64,000 nt of DNA from an uncultured Actinomycetes bacterium (GTDB lineage: Bacteria; Actinomycetota; UBA4738; HRBIN12), in the NCBI GenBank assembly GCA_963704725.1, contig OY969934.1, positions 672,001 to 736,000 on the forward strand. Direction: 5' to 3'. Position 1 is the stretch's first letter, and every line of letters begins with the position of its first letter. This document shows positions 10,612 through 20,652 of the stretch, piece after piece. The notes below the pieces were generated by a model. The model saw only the letters and a program-made list of their open reading frames with translations. It did not search any database and was not told the DNA's origin. A program made the translations under genes and the position numbers.

Positions 10612-13254
10612 GTGCTGACGCCCGAGGTCCTCGGGCGGACCCTGGCCCGGGCGCCCGACCCCGAGCTGGCGCGGGTGGCGCTCTCCCGCGTGGGCGAGGA
10701 CCCGGGCGCTCGGGAGACGCTGGCGCGCGAGGACGTCCTGCCCACCGCGGTCCGGGTGCTGGGGTTCTCCACGGCCGCGGCCGACTTCCTCGTGGCGCAC
10801 CCCGAGGAGACCGGGGCGCTCGCGGACGTGCGCCCTCGCTCCGGGGCCGAGCTCGAGGCCGAGTGCGACCGCGATCTCGAGCGGCTGGGGCCGGCCGGCG
10901 GTCTGCGACGTTTCCGGCGGCGGACCATGCTGCGCGTGGCAGCTCGAGACCTCGAGGGGGACGCGCTCGAGTCGATCGTCGCCGAGATCACCGCCGTGGC
11001 CGAGACCTGCCTGGCCCGGGCGGCCGAGCTCTCCGGGGCGCGGGCGCTCGCCGTCATCGGCCTCGGCAAGCTCGGCGGTCGCGAGCTCAACTACGCCTCT
11101 GACGTCGACGTGCTGTTCGTCCACGCGAAGCCCGGCGCCCCCACCCAGGAGCCGGCCGAGCGTTCGGCCGCGGCGTTGATCCGTCTGCTGTCCGAGCCGA
11201 CCGCGGACGGGGTCGCCCTGCGGGTCGACCCGACGCTGCGTCCCGGAGGCCGCGCCGGGGCTCTGTCCCGATCGCTCGACGCGATGCGCGGCTACTACGC
11301 GGGAGAGGCCGCCACCTGGGAGCGACAGGCGCTCATCAAGTCCCGGCCGGTCGCCGGCGACCTCGCCCTCGGGAGGCGGTTCGTCGAGATGGTCGAGCCG
11401 TTCGTCTATCCGCAGGACCTCGCCGCGACGGCGATCGACGAGGTCCGCCGGACCAAGGTGCGCCTGGAGGAGTACGTCCGCGCCCGCGGCAAGGCGGGCA
11501 CCGAGGTGAAGCGGGGATGGGGCGGGATCCGCGACGTCGAGTTCGCCGTGCAGCTCCTGCAGATCGTGCACGGCCGTCGCGACGAGCGGCTCCGGGAGCC
11601 CAACACGCTCGCCGCGCTGTCGGCGCTCGCCGCCGAGGGCTACGTCGGCGAGGGCGACGCGGAGGCCCTGGCGGGTGCGTACCGCTTCCTGCGCACGCTC
11701 GAGCATCGCCTGCAGATCGTCCGCGACCTCCAGACCCACGAGCTGCCGCCCGACCGGGCCTCGCGCGCGACGCTCGCGCGCTCGCTCGGGCTCGACGGCC
11801 CGGAGGCGCTCCAGTCCGAGTACGAACGTCAGACCCGCCTGGTCCGGGGCCTGCACGAGCGGCTGTTCTACCGCCCGCTCCTCGAGGCGTTCGCCGGTCC
11901 CCGGGCACCGCGCCCCGGAACCGATCGGGCGGCGACGGAGGAGCTGCTCGCCGGCCTGGGGTTCCGGCGGCCGGGGGAGTCCTTCGACGTCCTTGGCCGG
12001 CTCGTGGATCCGGCGACGAGGCTGGGCAAGGTGCTCGAGCACCTGTTCCCCGTCGTGGCCCCGCCGCTCGCCCTGGCCGCGAACCCCGACGCGGCGCTCG
12101 TTCGCTTCGAGCGCGTCGCGGCCTCGATCGGTCGGGACCGGGCTCTGGCCGACGCGCTGGCGAACGACCCGGCGGTCGCGCGCAGGCTCGGTCACCTCGT
12201 GTCGGCCAGCGGCTTCGCCACCGACGTCCTGGTGGCGGAGCCCTCCCGGCTGCTCGCGCTCGGCGACGGCGTGGATGCGGACGACGCGCCGGGCGCGCTC
12301 GCGGCCGTGGTGGCGAGGTACGCGGGGCGCGAGCTCCGACCGAGCGAGACCGGGGCGGCGCTGGCGGCGGTGGCCGATCGCGTCGTGCGCGAGGCGCTCG
12401 CCGAGGCCGAGCCCAACCTGCCCTTCGCCGTGATCGGTCTCGGCAAGCTGGGAGCGCGGGAGCTGAACTTCGGCTCCGACCTCGACGTCCTGTTCGTCTA
12501 CGAGGGCGAGGGGTCGGGCGAGTTCCGCCGCGGGGCCGAGATCGGGGAGCGCGTCGTCGCCGGGATCCGCCGCGCGGGCTGGGAGCCGGACCCCGACCTC
12601 CGCCCGGAGGGCCGGAGCGGTCCGCTCGCCAAGTCCTTCGCCGCCTATCTCGAGTACTGGGAGCGCTACGCCGAGACGTGGGAGTTCCAGTCCCTCACTC
12701 GGGCGCGCTTCGTCGCCGGGGACGAGGCGCTCGGCCGGCGTTTCTGCTCGGCCGCCGCGGACTTCGCGTACCCCGAGTACCTCCCGCTCGAGCGGGTCGG
12801 CGAGATCCGGCGGATGCGGGAGCGCATCGAGCTCGAGCGTGTCCGGCCGCTCGAGGCGTCGGCGTTCCACTTCAAGCTCGGCTACGGCTCGCTCGCGGAC
12901 GTGCAGTTCGCCGTCGAGCTCTCGCTGATGCGCTTCGGCGGTCAGAACCCGGAGGTCCGCACCCGCGGGACGCTCGACGCGATCGAGCGGCTGGCCCGGG
13001 CCAGGCTGATCGAGGACGCCGCGGCCCTGGCGCTCGGCGAGGCGTTCGTGTTCCTGTCCGACGTGAAGAACGCGCTGGAGATCGATCGCCGGGTGCACGC
13101 CGAGGCGATCCCTCCGGCGCCACAGGAGCAGCTCGCGCTGGCCCGGCGGCTCGGCTTCGAGGAGTACCCGAGGCAGACGTTCCTCGAGGAGTACCGACGG
13201 GTGACACGCCGGGCGCGGCGAGCCATGGAGCGAGTGTTCTACGAGGAGGGATGA
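10612..13254 (+). CDS. glnE: Glutamine synthetase adenylyltransferase/adenylyl-removing enzyme
   Basis: Two nucleotidyltransferase repeats (LGKLGGRELNYASDVD; LGKLGARELNFGSDLD), LRPGG/LRPEG, GGIRDVEF, EHRLQ. Confidence 0.93.
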   Translation: MLTPEVLGRTLARAPDPELARVALSRVGEDPGARETLAREDVLPTAVRVLGFSTAAADFLVAHPEETGALADVRPRSGAELEAECDRDLERLGPAGGLRRFRRRTMLRVAARDLEGDALESIVAEITAVAETCLARAAELSGARALAVIGLGKLGGRELNYASDVDVLFVHAKPGAPTQEPAERSAAALIRLLSEPTADGVALRVDPTLRPGGRAGALSRSLDAMRGYYAGEAATWERQALIKSRPVAGDLALGRRFVEMVEPFVYPQDLAATAIDEVRRTKVRLEEYVRARGKAGTEVKRGWGGIRDVEFAVQLLQIVHGRRDERLREPNTLAALSALAAEGYVGEGDAEALAGAYRFLRTLEHRLQIVRDLQTHELPPDRASRATLARSLGLDGPEALQSEYERQTRLVRGLHERLFYRPLLEAFAGPRAPRPGTDRAATEELLAGLGFRRPGESFDVLGRLVDPATRLGKVLEHLFPVVAPPLALAANPDAALVRFERVAASIGRDRALADALANDPAVARRLGHLVSASGFATDVLVAEPSRLLALGDGVDADDAPGALAAVVARYAGRELRPSETGAALAAVADRVVREALAEAEPNLPFAVIGLGKLGARELNFGSDLDVLFVYEGEGSGEFRRGAEIGERVVAGIRRAGWEPDPDLRPEGRSGPLAKSFAAYLEYWERYAETWEFQSLTRARFVAGDEALGRRFCSAAADFAYPEYLPLERVGEIRRMRERIELERVRPLEASAFHFKLGYGSLADVQFAVELSLMRFGGQNPEVRTRGTLDAIERLARARLIEDAAALALGEAFVFLSDVKNALEIDRRVHAEAIPPAPQEQLALARRLGFEEYPRQTFLEEYRRVTRRARRAMERVFYEEG

Positions 13255-13257
13255 GCG

Positions 13258-13650
13258 ATGGCCGAGACGGAGCGCCGTACGATCGCGTCGGGCTCGCCGT
13301 ACGAGCGCGTGATCGGCTTCTCGCGGGCGGTGATCGCCGGGCACCATGTAGCGGTGGCCGGGACGGCCCCCGTCATGCCCGAGGGTGTCGAGCCGCCGCC
13401 CGATGCGTACGGCCAGGCCCGGCGGGTGCTCGACATCATCCTGGGTGCGCTCGGGGAAGCCGGGGCCGGGCCGCAGCACGTGGTCCGGACGCGGACCTAC
13501 CTCGCTCGAGCCGAAGATTGGGAGGAGGTCGGCCGGGCCCACGGCGAGGTGTTCGCCGACGCTCGTCCGGCGAGCACGATGATCGTGGTGAGCGGGTTCC
13601 TCGACCCACGATGGCTCGTGGAGATGGAGGCCGACGCGATCGTGCCGTGA
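13258..13650 (+). CDS. RidA/YjgF family protein
   Basis: GFSRAV, VVRTR, RPASTM, LVEMEADA. Confidence 0.88.
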   Translation: MAETERRTIASGSPYERVIGFSRAVIAGHHVAVAGTAPVMPEGVEPPPDAYGQARRVLDIILGALGEAGAGPQHVVRTRTYLARAEDWEEVGRAHGEVFADARPASTMIVVSGFLDPRWLVEMEADAIVP

Positions 13651-13697
13651 GATCCGTCGGCAGGCGGCGGACGTTCGTCGCCGGGGCCGCCGGGACC

Positions 13698-14597
13698 TCA
13701 GATGCGCTCGATGGCCCCGGGTGCGAACCTCGGCCCGTACCGCGGCGCCTCGACGTGGCCCACCTCGAGCAGACGCTGGACGCGCCCGCGGTGCGGCCGG
13801 AACGGCTCGACGAGCTGGAGCATCCGCTCGTCGGTCCCGCGGGGCTCGCCGGCGAGCGTCCAGGCCACGATGTTCGGCAGGTGGTAGTCGCCGATCGAGA
13901 TCGCGTCGGCGTCGCCGAGCGCCGTCCGCGCCACCTCGGCGACCGTCCACGGCCCGATCCCGGGCAGGAGGCCGATCCGGGCCCGGGCGTCGGCGAGCGG
14001 CAGGTCCGCTGCGGCGTCGAGCCACGAGGCTCGCCGGCCCACCTCGCGCAGGAGCCGGGCACGACGTCCCTCGACCCCGAACGGATGGAAGGCGTACGAG
14101 GGCAGCGCCGCGACCCGCGTCGGGTCGGGCGGCAGCGTCAGGCCGAGCGGCCCGGGCGCGGGCTCGGCGAGCGCCGCCGAGAGTCGTCGGAAGGCGCGCC
14201 GGGACTCGGCCCCCGTGACCTTCTGCTCCAGGATCACGGGGATCAGCAGCTCGGCGACCAGCCCGGTCCTGGGGAGCCGGAGGCCGGGGTGGCGCCGCCA
14301 CAGCTCGCGGACGGCACCGCGCTCGGGCTCGAACGTCTCGGCCGGGTCGAGCGCCCCGCACCAGCCCGCCGCGCGGTCCAAGAGCCATGCGCTTCCCGGC
14401 CCCCACGCCTCGACCTCGATTGCGCCACCCGATGGCGCCAGGCGCGCGGCAACCGGACCGGCCGGCGTGCGGGAGGCCCGGAGCACCGCGCCACGGTCGA
14501 TCCGCATCGTCGGGTCGCCGGCGCCGCGCCGGAGCGGGCCAAGCGTCATGGCCAGATCGATCGGCCTCGGGGTCGCGATGCGGCGCGCCGTCACCAC
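13698..14597 (-). CDS. DNA-3-methyladenine glycosylase (AlkA-like, HhH-GPD)
   Basis: ILEQKVT, LPGIGPWT, GDYHLP. Confidence 0.85.
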   Translation of the reverse strand: MVTARRIATPRPIDLAMTLGPLRRGAGDPTMRIDRGAVLRASRTPAGPVAARLAPSGGAIEVEAWGPGSAWLLDRAAGWCGALDPAETFEPERGAVRELWRRHPGLRLPRTGLVAELLIPVILEQKVTGAESRRAFRRLSAALAEPAPGPLGLTLPPDPTRVAALPSYAFHPFGVEGRRARLLREVGRRASWLDAAADLPLADARARIGLLPGIGPWTVAEVARTALGDADAISIGDYHLPNIVAWTLAGEPRGTDERMLQLVEPFRPHRGRVQRLLEVGHVEAPRYGPRFAPGAIERI

Positions 14598-14620
14598 GCC
14601 GAGCGTACCGGGGAGGACGT

Positions 14621-14650
14621 CGAGGGCCGGCCCTGCAGGGCCGGCCCTCG
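14621..14650 (-). terminator. Perfect 30-bp palindrome after glnA1, probable terminator
   Basis: cgagggccggccctg|cagggccggccctcg, 16 nt after the glnA1 stop. Confidence 0.65.
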
Positions 14651-14666
14651 GATCTCGCTCGACGTC

Positions 14667-16097
14667 TTACAGATCGTAGTAGAGCGCGAACTCGTGCGGG
14701 TGTGGGCGAAGCCGCACGGCGTCGACCTCGTGGAGCCGCTTGTACTCGATCCAGGTGTCGATGACGTCCTGGGTGAAGACGCCGCCCTCGAGGAGCCACT
14801 GGTGATCGGCCTCGAGCGCGTCGAGCACCTCCTCCAGCGAACCCGGCACCTGGCGGACCGTCGCCTTCTCCTGCGGCGGCAGGTCGTACAGGTCCTTGTC
14901 GATCGGCTCCGGCGGCTCGGTCTTGTTCTTCACGCCGTCGAGCCCCGCCATCAGCATCGCCGAGAAGGCGAGGTACGGGTTGCACGACGGGTCGGGCGTC
15001 CGGAACTCCAGTCGCTTGGCGCCCGGGTTCTTGAAGTACTGCGGGATCCGCACGCACGCCGACCGGTTCCGCTGCGAGTACACGAGGTTGATCGGCGCCT
15101 CGTAGCCGGGCACGAGCCGCCGGTACGAGTTCGTCGTCGGGTTCGTGAACGCGAGCAGCTGGGGGGCGTGGGCGAGCAGGCCGCCGATGTACCAGCGCGC
15201 GATGTCGCTGATGCCCGCGTAGCCGACCTCGTCCCAGAACAGGTTCTCGTCGTCCTTCCACAGGCTCTGGTGCGTGTGCATCCCGGAGCCGTTGTCCTGG
15301 AAGATCGGCTTGGGCATGAACGTCACGGTCTTGCCGGCGGCTCGCGCCGTGTTCTTGACGACGTACTTGTACTTCATGACGTTGTCGGCGGTACGCAGCA
15401 GCGTGTCGTAGCGCATGTCGATCTCGGCCTGGCCGGCCGTGCCGACCTCGTGGTGGTGCACCTCGATCTTGATGCCCACCTGCTCGAGGTTCAGGACCAT
15501 CTCCGAGCGGAGGTCCTGGTAGTGGTCCATCGGGGGGAGCGGGAAGTACCCCTCCTTGTACCGAGGCTTGTACCCGAGGTTCGGCTCGCCCGAGAGCTCA
15601 CGCTCGCGGCCCGAGTTCCACACGCCCTCGATCGCGTCGATGTGGTAGTAGCCCTCGTGCTGGTTCTGGTCGAACCGGATCGCGTCGAAGATGTAGAACT
15701 CGCACTCCGGTCCCCAGTACGAGATGTCGGCGATCCCGCTCTGCTTCAGGTACAGCTCGGCCTTGCGGGCGATGTACCGAGGATCGCGTGTGTACATCTC
15801 GCCGGTCACCGGGTCCCTGACGAAGCACGAGATGTTCAGCGTCACGTGTTTCGTGAACGGGTCGAGATAGGCGGAGTCCGCGTCCGGCACCAGGAGCATG
15901 TCGGACTCCTGGATCTCCTGGAACCCGCGGATCGACGAGCCGTCGAAGCCGAGCCCCTCGTCGAAGCTCGCCTCGTTGAGCTCGGATACCGGGATCGAGA
16001 AGTGCTGCATCAGCCCCGGAAGGTCGGAGAACCGCAGATCCACGATCTCGGCGCCCGAGTCCTTCGCGATGGCGAGGACCTCTTTCGGTGTGGCCAT
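14667..16097 (-). CDS. glnA: Glutamine synthetase type I-beta
   Basis: [36 protein letters not shown], adenylylation motif DLYDLPP. Confidence 0.96.
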   Translation of the reverse strand: MATPKEVLAIAKDSGAEIVDLRFSDLPGLMQHFSIPVSELNEASFDEGLGFDGSSIRGFQEIQESDMLLVPDADSAYLDPFTKHVTLNISCFVRDPVTGEMYTRDPRYIARKAELYLKQSGIADISYWGPECEFYIFDAIRFDQNQHEGYYHIDAIEGVWNSGRERELSGEPNLGYKPRYKEGYFPLPPMDHYQDLRSEMVLNLEQVGIKIEVHHHEVGTAGQAEIDMRYDTLLRTADNVMKYKYVVKNTARAAGKTVTFMPKPIFQDNGSGMHTHQSLWKDDENLFWDEVGYAGISDIARWYIGGLLAHAPQLLAFTNPTTNSYRRLVPGYEAPINLVYSQRNRSACVRIPQYFKNPGAKRLEFRTPDPSCNPYLAFSAMLMAGLDGVKNKTEPPEPIDKDLYDLPPQEKATVRQVPGSLEEVLDALEADHQWLLEGGVFTQDVIDTWIEYKRLHEVDAVRLRPHPHEFALYYDL

Positions 16098-16172
16098 CCC
16101 TCGTCTGCCCCCTTTCCCTGCGGCGGCCGTGCACGTCCGGGCGAAAGGGTAGGGGGCCGGGGCGGGGGGCCG

Positions 16173-16189
16173 GTTTCGAGCGCGTTAAC
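16173..16189 (-). promoter_or_regulatory. GlnR-box-like site upstream of glnA1
   Basis: Minus strand GTTAAC-GCGCTC-GAAAC fits the a-site/n6/b-site consensus. Confidence 0.75.
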
Positions 16190-16268
16190 TCTGCGGGTGC
16201 CCCGCCGAAGCGGGTGCGGCGAACCCCCGGGTACAGGAGTCCGAGCGACGTGTCGATGCAACACGGGC

Positions 16269-16556
16269 ATGAGGATCAGGGCCACCCCCGAGGCACGCTC
16301 GTGGATCCGCGACCAGGGCGGACTCCTGTTCATCCGGCTGTCGCGCGTCGTGAGCGCTCGGGGGGCGATGCGGAGTCTCGTCGTCTCGACCGATCCGCCC
16401 TCGGACGCCTTCGACTACCAGCGCTTCGAGACGATGGGGTTCGTCCTGTTCCTGCAGCCCGGGGTCCGGCCGCCCCGGGAGCTCCACGTCGAGGTGGTGG
16501 GGCGGATGCGCCGGCGGATCGCGGCCTTCTGGAACGGCTGCGCGTTCGTGGTGTAG
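16269..16556 (+). CDS. Small hypothetical protein (95 aa)
   Basis: C-terminal part of long ORF 11517..16556 from ATG 16269 (MRIRATPEARSWIRDQGG...IAAFWNGCAFVV) fills the gap between glnA and glnR. Confidence 0.65.
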   Translation: MRIRATPEARSWIRDQGGLLFIRLSRVVSARGAMRSLVVSTDPPSDAFDYQRFETMGFVLFLQPGVRPPRELHVEVVGRMRRRIAAFWNGCAFVV

Positions 16557-16597
16557 ACAGGGCAGCCCCCGTCGAGGATCCCCGGTTCGCCCGCCCG

Positions 16598-17257
16598 TCA
16601 GGCCTCCGCGGCCCGGTAGCCCACGCCCCGCACCGTCTCGATCAGGCTCTCGAACTCCGGGCCCAGCTTCGCCCGCAGGCGGCGGATGTGGACGTCGACC
16701 GTGCGCGTGCCGCCGTAGAAGTCGTAGCCCCACACCTCGCGCAACAGGGTGGGCCGGGTGAAGACGCGGCCAGGTCGCTCCGCCAGGTAGCGCAGGAGCT
16801 CGAACTCCTTGTATGTGAGGTCGAGCGGACGCCCCAGCACGGTCACGCGGTAGGCGTCGGTGTCGAGCGTGAGCGCGCCGAGCCGGATGGTGGCGGGATC
16901 GCCCGATCCCCATCGGCGACGCAGCATCGCCAGGCGCAGTCGGATCTCGACCGCCGGGGTCCCCGGCGTGAACAGCTCGTCCGCCACCTCCTCCCACCGG
17001 AACCGCTCGAGGTCTCGCCGCTCCACCACGATGACGACCGGCGCTCGAGCCTGATGCTCGCGCAGCGCCAGCAGCACCGCGTAGCCCTGCCCGGGGTTCT
17101 CGGCGGCGTCGACGAGGATGGTCTCGGCCCCCATGGCCAGGACGTCGGCGAGCCCGGCGACCGACAGGTGGTCGGTCTTGGTGTCGAGCTGGAGCTCCGC
17201 GAGCCCAGGGAGGGCCTCGTCGGGGGATCGGTCGGTGAGCATGAGGACGGGGTCCAC
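16598..17257 (-). CDS. glnR: OmpR-family orphan response regulator, GlnR-like
   Basis: Atypical receiver; LTYKEFELL..VWGYDFYGGTRTVDVHIRRLRAKLG wHTH; beside glnA and a MoaD-like gene, with GlnR boxes nearby. Confidence 0.75.
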   Translation of the reverse strand: MDPVLMLTDRSPDEALPGLAELQLDTKTDHLSVAGLADVLAMGAETILVDAAENPGQGYAVLLALREHQARAPVVIVVERRDLERFRWEEVADELFTPGTPAVEIRLRLAMLRRRWGSGDPATIRLGALTLDTDAYRVTVLGRPLDLTYKEFELLRYLAERPGRVFTRPTLLREVWGYDFYGGTRTVDVHIRRLRAKLGPEFESLIETVRGVGYRAAEA

Positions 17258-17308
17258 GACCCGCCGAGGGTACCGGCTCCGGTGTCGGGCGGATAGCCTG
17301 AGGGCGGG

Positions 17309-17551
17309 ATGACGATCGTCACGGTCCGACTGTTCGCCGCGCTCCGCGACCTCGCCGGCTCGAGCGAGGTGGAGGTGGAGGCCGCCACCACGGGCGAGGT
17401 CGTCGAGGCGCTGTCGCGCCGGTACGGCGAGCGGTTCGAGCGGATCGCGCGATCGGGCACCGTCGTCGTGGACGGCGAGCGCGCGGGACCCGCCACGTCG
17501 CTCCGCGGGACCGAGCGGGTGGCCGTGCTCCCTCCCGTGTCGGGGGGCTGA
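17309..17551 (+). CDS. MoaD/ThiS family sulfur carrier
   Basis: VRLFAALR...LPPVSGG C-terminal di-glycine. Confidence 0.9.
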   Translation: MTIVTVRLFAALRDLAGSSEVEVEAATTGEVVEALSRRYGERFERIARSGTVVVDGERAGPATSLRGTERVAVLPPVSGG

Positions 17552-17590
17552 GCGGGCGCAACCCCCCTTTTGTCATACTTGGCGCGCCCG

Positions 17591-18505
17591 ATGCGCTTCC
17601 AGCGGCTCCTCCTCATCGTCAACCCGGTCGCGCGGACCTACTCGAAGGCGACGCTCGCCGTCATCGAGAAGGCCCTGTCCGCCGACTTCCGCCTCGAGGT
17701 GGCCGAGACGAAGGAGCGGGGTCACGCCTCCGAGCTCGCCACGCAGGCCGTCGCGGACGGGATCGACCTCGTCGTCGTGTTCTCCGGCGACGGCACGGTG
17801 AACGAGGTCGTCAACGCGTTGGCCGGATCCGACACGGGGATCGCGGCGCTCCCCGGCGGCGCGACGAACATCTTCGTGCGCGCGCTGGGCCTCCCGCTCG
17901 ACCCGGTGGAGGCGACGGGGACGCTGATCGCCAAGGCGCTCGACGACGAGGCGTTCAAGCTCTCGCTCGGCGTGGCGGACGGGCGGTACTTCGCCGTGAA
18001 CTGCGGCGCCGGAGTCGACGCCGCGGCGATGCGGCGGATCGACGCGAAGTTCCCTCGGGACAAGTCCCGATTCGACCGGGTCGCGTTCCGCGCCGTGGCG
18101 TGGGAGCTCCTCGTGGGCTACGCGGGGCGCATCGCCGACCTCGAGGTCCGGATCGACGACGGCGAGCCGCTGCCGTCGCTCTCGGTGATGGTGGGCCGGA
18201 CCGATCCCTACACCTACTACAAGGGGTACGGGATCCGGATGACGCCCGAGGCGTCCCTGGAGGAGGGTCTCGACGTGCTGTCGGTGCGCAAGCTCCGCCG
18301 TCGCAGCGTCCCCCGGATCGCGTGGCAGGTCTTCGGTTCGGCCCGTCACGTGCGAGGACGCGACATCGACTACGTGCACGACGCCTCGCGCGTGCTCGTG
18401 ACCTCGGCGCGACCCTTCCCGGTGCAGGTCGACGGCGACTCCGTCGGGGTCCATCGCCGCCTCGAGGTGGAGCTGGCCCGCGAGGTGCTGTGGGTGGTGG
18501 GGTAG
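17591..18505 (+). CDS. Diacylglycerol kinase family lipid kinase
   Basis: IVNP, SGDGTVNE, LPGGATN, QVDGD. Confidence 0.88.
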   Translation: MRFQRLLLIVNPVARTYSKATLAVIEKALSADFRLEVAETKERGHASELATQAVADGIDLVVVFSGDGTVNEVVNALAGSDTGIAALPGGATNIFVRALGLPLDPVEATGTLIAKALDDEAFKLSLGVADGRYFAVNCGAGVDAAAMRRIDAKFPRDKSRFDRVAFRAVAWELLVGYAGRIADLEVRIDDGEPLPSLSVMVGRTDPYTYYKGYGIRMTPEASLEEGLDVLSVRKLRRRSVPRIAWQVFGSARHVRGRDIDYVHDASRVLVTSARPFPVQVDGDSVGVHRRLEVELAREVLWVVG

Positions 18506-18515
18506 TCCCCTCGGC

Positions 18516-19244
18516 TCAGGCCGAGCCGGCCTCGCGCTGCTGGATCCCGCACTCCCACTTCGACAGCCCCGCCCACCGGCCGGCGCGCTCCGCTTCACCC
18601 GAGAACTGCAGCCTCGTGCACGGCGCGCAGCCGATCGAGGCGTAGCCGAGGTCGTAGAGCGGGTTGTGCGGTAGGTCGTGTTCGGCCAGGTAGGCCCACG
18701 TGTCGCGGCGGGTCCACGTGGCCACGGGGTTGATCTTCACCATCCACCGTCCCGGCTCGAGCTCGTACCGGTCGACGATGGGGCTCGTGATCCTGGTGGG
18801 CGCGGAGTCGCGCCGGAACGCCGTGATCCACGCGTCCAGCCCTCGGAGCGCCTCGAGCATCGGCCGGACCTTGTTGAGGTCGCAGCAGCGGTCGGGATCC
18901 CGCTCGTACAGACGTGGTCCGAGCGCCGCGGCCTGCGTCGCGGGCGTGTGCTCGCCCGAGAGCTCGATGACGTTCAGCTGCAGACGCTCCGTGAGCTCCG
19001 TCTTGAACGCCAGGGTCTCGGCGAAGTGGTAGCCGGTCTCCAGGAACATCACGGGAACGTCGGGTCGGGACGCGAGCGCCATGTGCATGACGCACGTCCC
19101 CTCCGCCTGGAACGCCGAGGCGATCGCCACCCGCTCCAGTCCCGATTCTTCGAGCGCCCAGCGGACGACCTCGCGCGGATGCGCGCGTTCGAAGCGCTCG
19201 TTGAGGTCGCGGATCTCCTCGTCGAGGAGGAGCGTTCGGGGCAT
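18516..19244 (-). CDS. cysH: APS/PAPS reductase (Fe-S type)
   Basis: ETGYHF, CC..K, SIGCAPCT, GRW, ECG; SD GGAGG before ATG 19244. Confidence 0.92.
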   Translation of the reverse strand: MPRTLLLDEEIRDLNERFERAHPREVVRWALEESGLERVAIASAFQAEGTCVMHMALASRPDVPVMFLETGYHFAETLAFKTELTERLQLNVIELSGEHTPATQAAALGPRLYERDPDRCCDLNKVRPMLEALRGLDAWITAFRRDSAPTRITSPIVDRYELEPGRWMVKINPVATWTRRDTWAYLAEHDLPHNPLYDLGYASIGCAPCTRLQFSGEAERAGRWAGLSKWECGIQQREAGSA

Positions 19245-19402
19245 GGAGAGCCTCCGGGTCGGGCCCGGGAAGTATAGGCGGGCCCCGGGCCGTGCCCCGG
19301 GGGCGGCCCCCAACGCCGCCGGTATGCTGGGCGCGCCGCCACCCCGGGTTCCGCGCGGGTCGCCGCGGCGCGCACGCCACCGACGAAGGAGTGACCCGGA
19401 CC

Positions 19403-20578
19403 ATGACCGACGCCCAGACCATCGCGCCCCACGGAGGCACCCTGGTCGACCTGCTCGTCCCCGAAGCCGACCGGGACAAGCTGGCCGACGAGGCCGGGCA
19501 CTTCCCCAAGCTGGTCGTGAACGAGCGCGAGCTCTCCGACCTCGAGATGCTGGCGGTCGGTGCCTTGTCCCCGCTCCGGGGGTTCCAGGGGGAGGCCGAC
19601 TACCGCTCCATCCTGCGCTCGATGCATCTGGAGGACGGGACCGCGTGGACGATCCCCGTCACGCTGTCGCTGTCCGACGAGGAGGCAAAGCGCATCGGCG
19701 GCGCGGAGGCGGTCACGCTGCTCGCGGCCGACGGCGGCGAGCCCCTCGCGATCCTCGAGGTCTCGGGGCTGTATCGGCGAGACCGCGAGGAAGAGGCGCG
19801 GGCGGTCTTCGGGACGCAGGACGTCGCGCATCCGGGCGTGAAGGCGCTCCACGACGCCGGCGATGTGTGTGCGGCCGGCCAGCTCCGCGTGCTGCGGCTG
19901 CCGGAGCACGACGACTTCCTCGAGTACCGACTCACCCCGGCCGAGACCCGGGCCGAGTTCGCCCGGCGGGGGTGGAAGACGGTCGTGGGGTTCCAGACCC
20001 GCAACCCCATCCATCGCGCGCACGAGTACATCCAGAAGTGCGCGCTCGAGATCGTCGACGGCCTGCTCGTCCATCCGCTGGTCGGGGCGACGAAGGGCGA
20101 CGACGTCCCCGCCGAGGTTCGGATGCGCTGCTACGAAGCCCTCTTCGACGGCTACTACCCGAAGGACCGCGCGATGGTCTCGGTCTTCCCCGCCGCGATG
20201 CGGTACGCGGGACCGAAGGAGGCGATCTGGCACGCCATCGCTCGCAAGAACTACGGCTGCACCCATTTCATCGTGGGGCGTGATCACGCGGGCGTCGGCG
20301 ACTACTACGGCACGTACGAGGCCCAGGAGATCTTCGACCGGTTCGAGCCGGACGAGCTCGGCATCACCCCGCTCCGGTTCGAGCACTCGTTCTTCTGTCT
20401 GCGCTGTGAGGGGATGGGCTCGCCGAAGACGTGCCCGCACGGGGACGACGATCGCGTGATCCTGTCCGGGACGAAGGTGCGAGAGATGCTCCGGGCCGGC
20501 GAGGTCCCGCCGATCGAGTTCAGCCGTCCCGAGGTGGCGGCGATCCTGATCGAGGCGATGCGCGGCCGGGGCGCCTGA
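19403..20578 (+). CDS. sat: Sulfate adenylyltransferase (Sat type)
   Basis: PHGG, LSPLRGF, FQTRNPIHRAHE, MRYAGP, GRDHAG, SGTKVR. Confidence 0.95.
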   Translation: MTDAQTIAPHGGTLVDLLVPEADRDKLADEAGHFPKLVVNERELSDLEMLAVGALSPLRGFQGEADYRSILRSMHLEDGTAWTIPVTLSLSDEEAKRIGGAEAVTLLAADGGEPLAILEVSGLYRRDREEEARAVFGTQDVAHPGVKALHDAGDVCAAGQLRVLRLPEHDDFLEYRLTPAETRAEFARRGWKTVVGFQTRNPIHRAHEYIQKCALEIVDGLLVHPLVGATKGDDVPAEVRMRCYEALFDGYYPKDRAMVSVFPAAMRYAGPKEAIWHAIARKNYGCTHFIVGRDHAGVGDYYGTYEAQEIFDRFEPDELGITPLRFEHSFFCLRCEGMGSPKTCPHGDDDRVILSGTKVREMLRAGEVPPIEFSRPEVAAILIEAMRGRGA

Positions 20579-20652
20579 GCCGCCGCGGCCCGGGGTTGAG
20601 TCCGGGCGCACCGGCGGTTTGCTCACCACGCTGCGCGTTCGCTACGCTGCTG

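Noticed and set aside
9091-15261. 2056-aa ORF and other very long Arg/Pro/Gly-rich ORFs (11517..16556, 42752..45937, 56012..58903, 58777..61545)
   Set aside because: Shadow frames of real genes in high-GC DNA; no domain motifs
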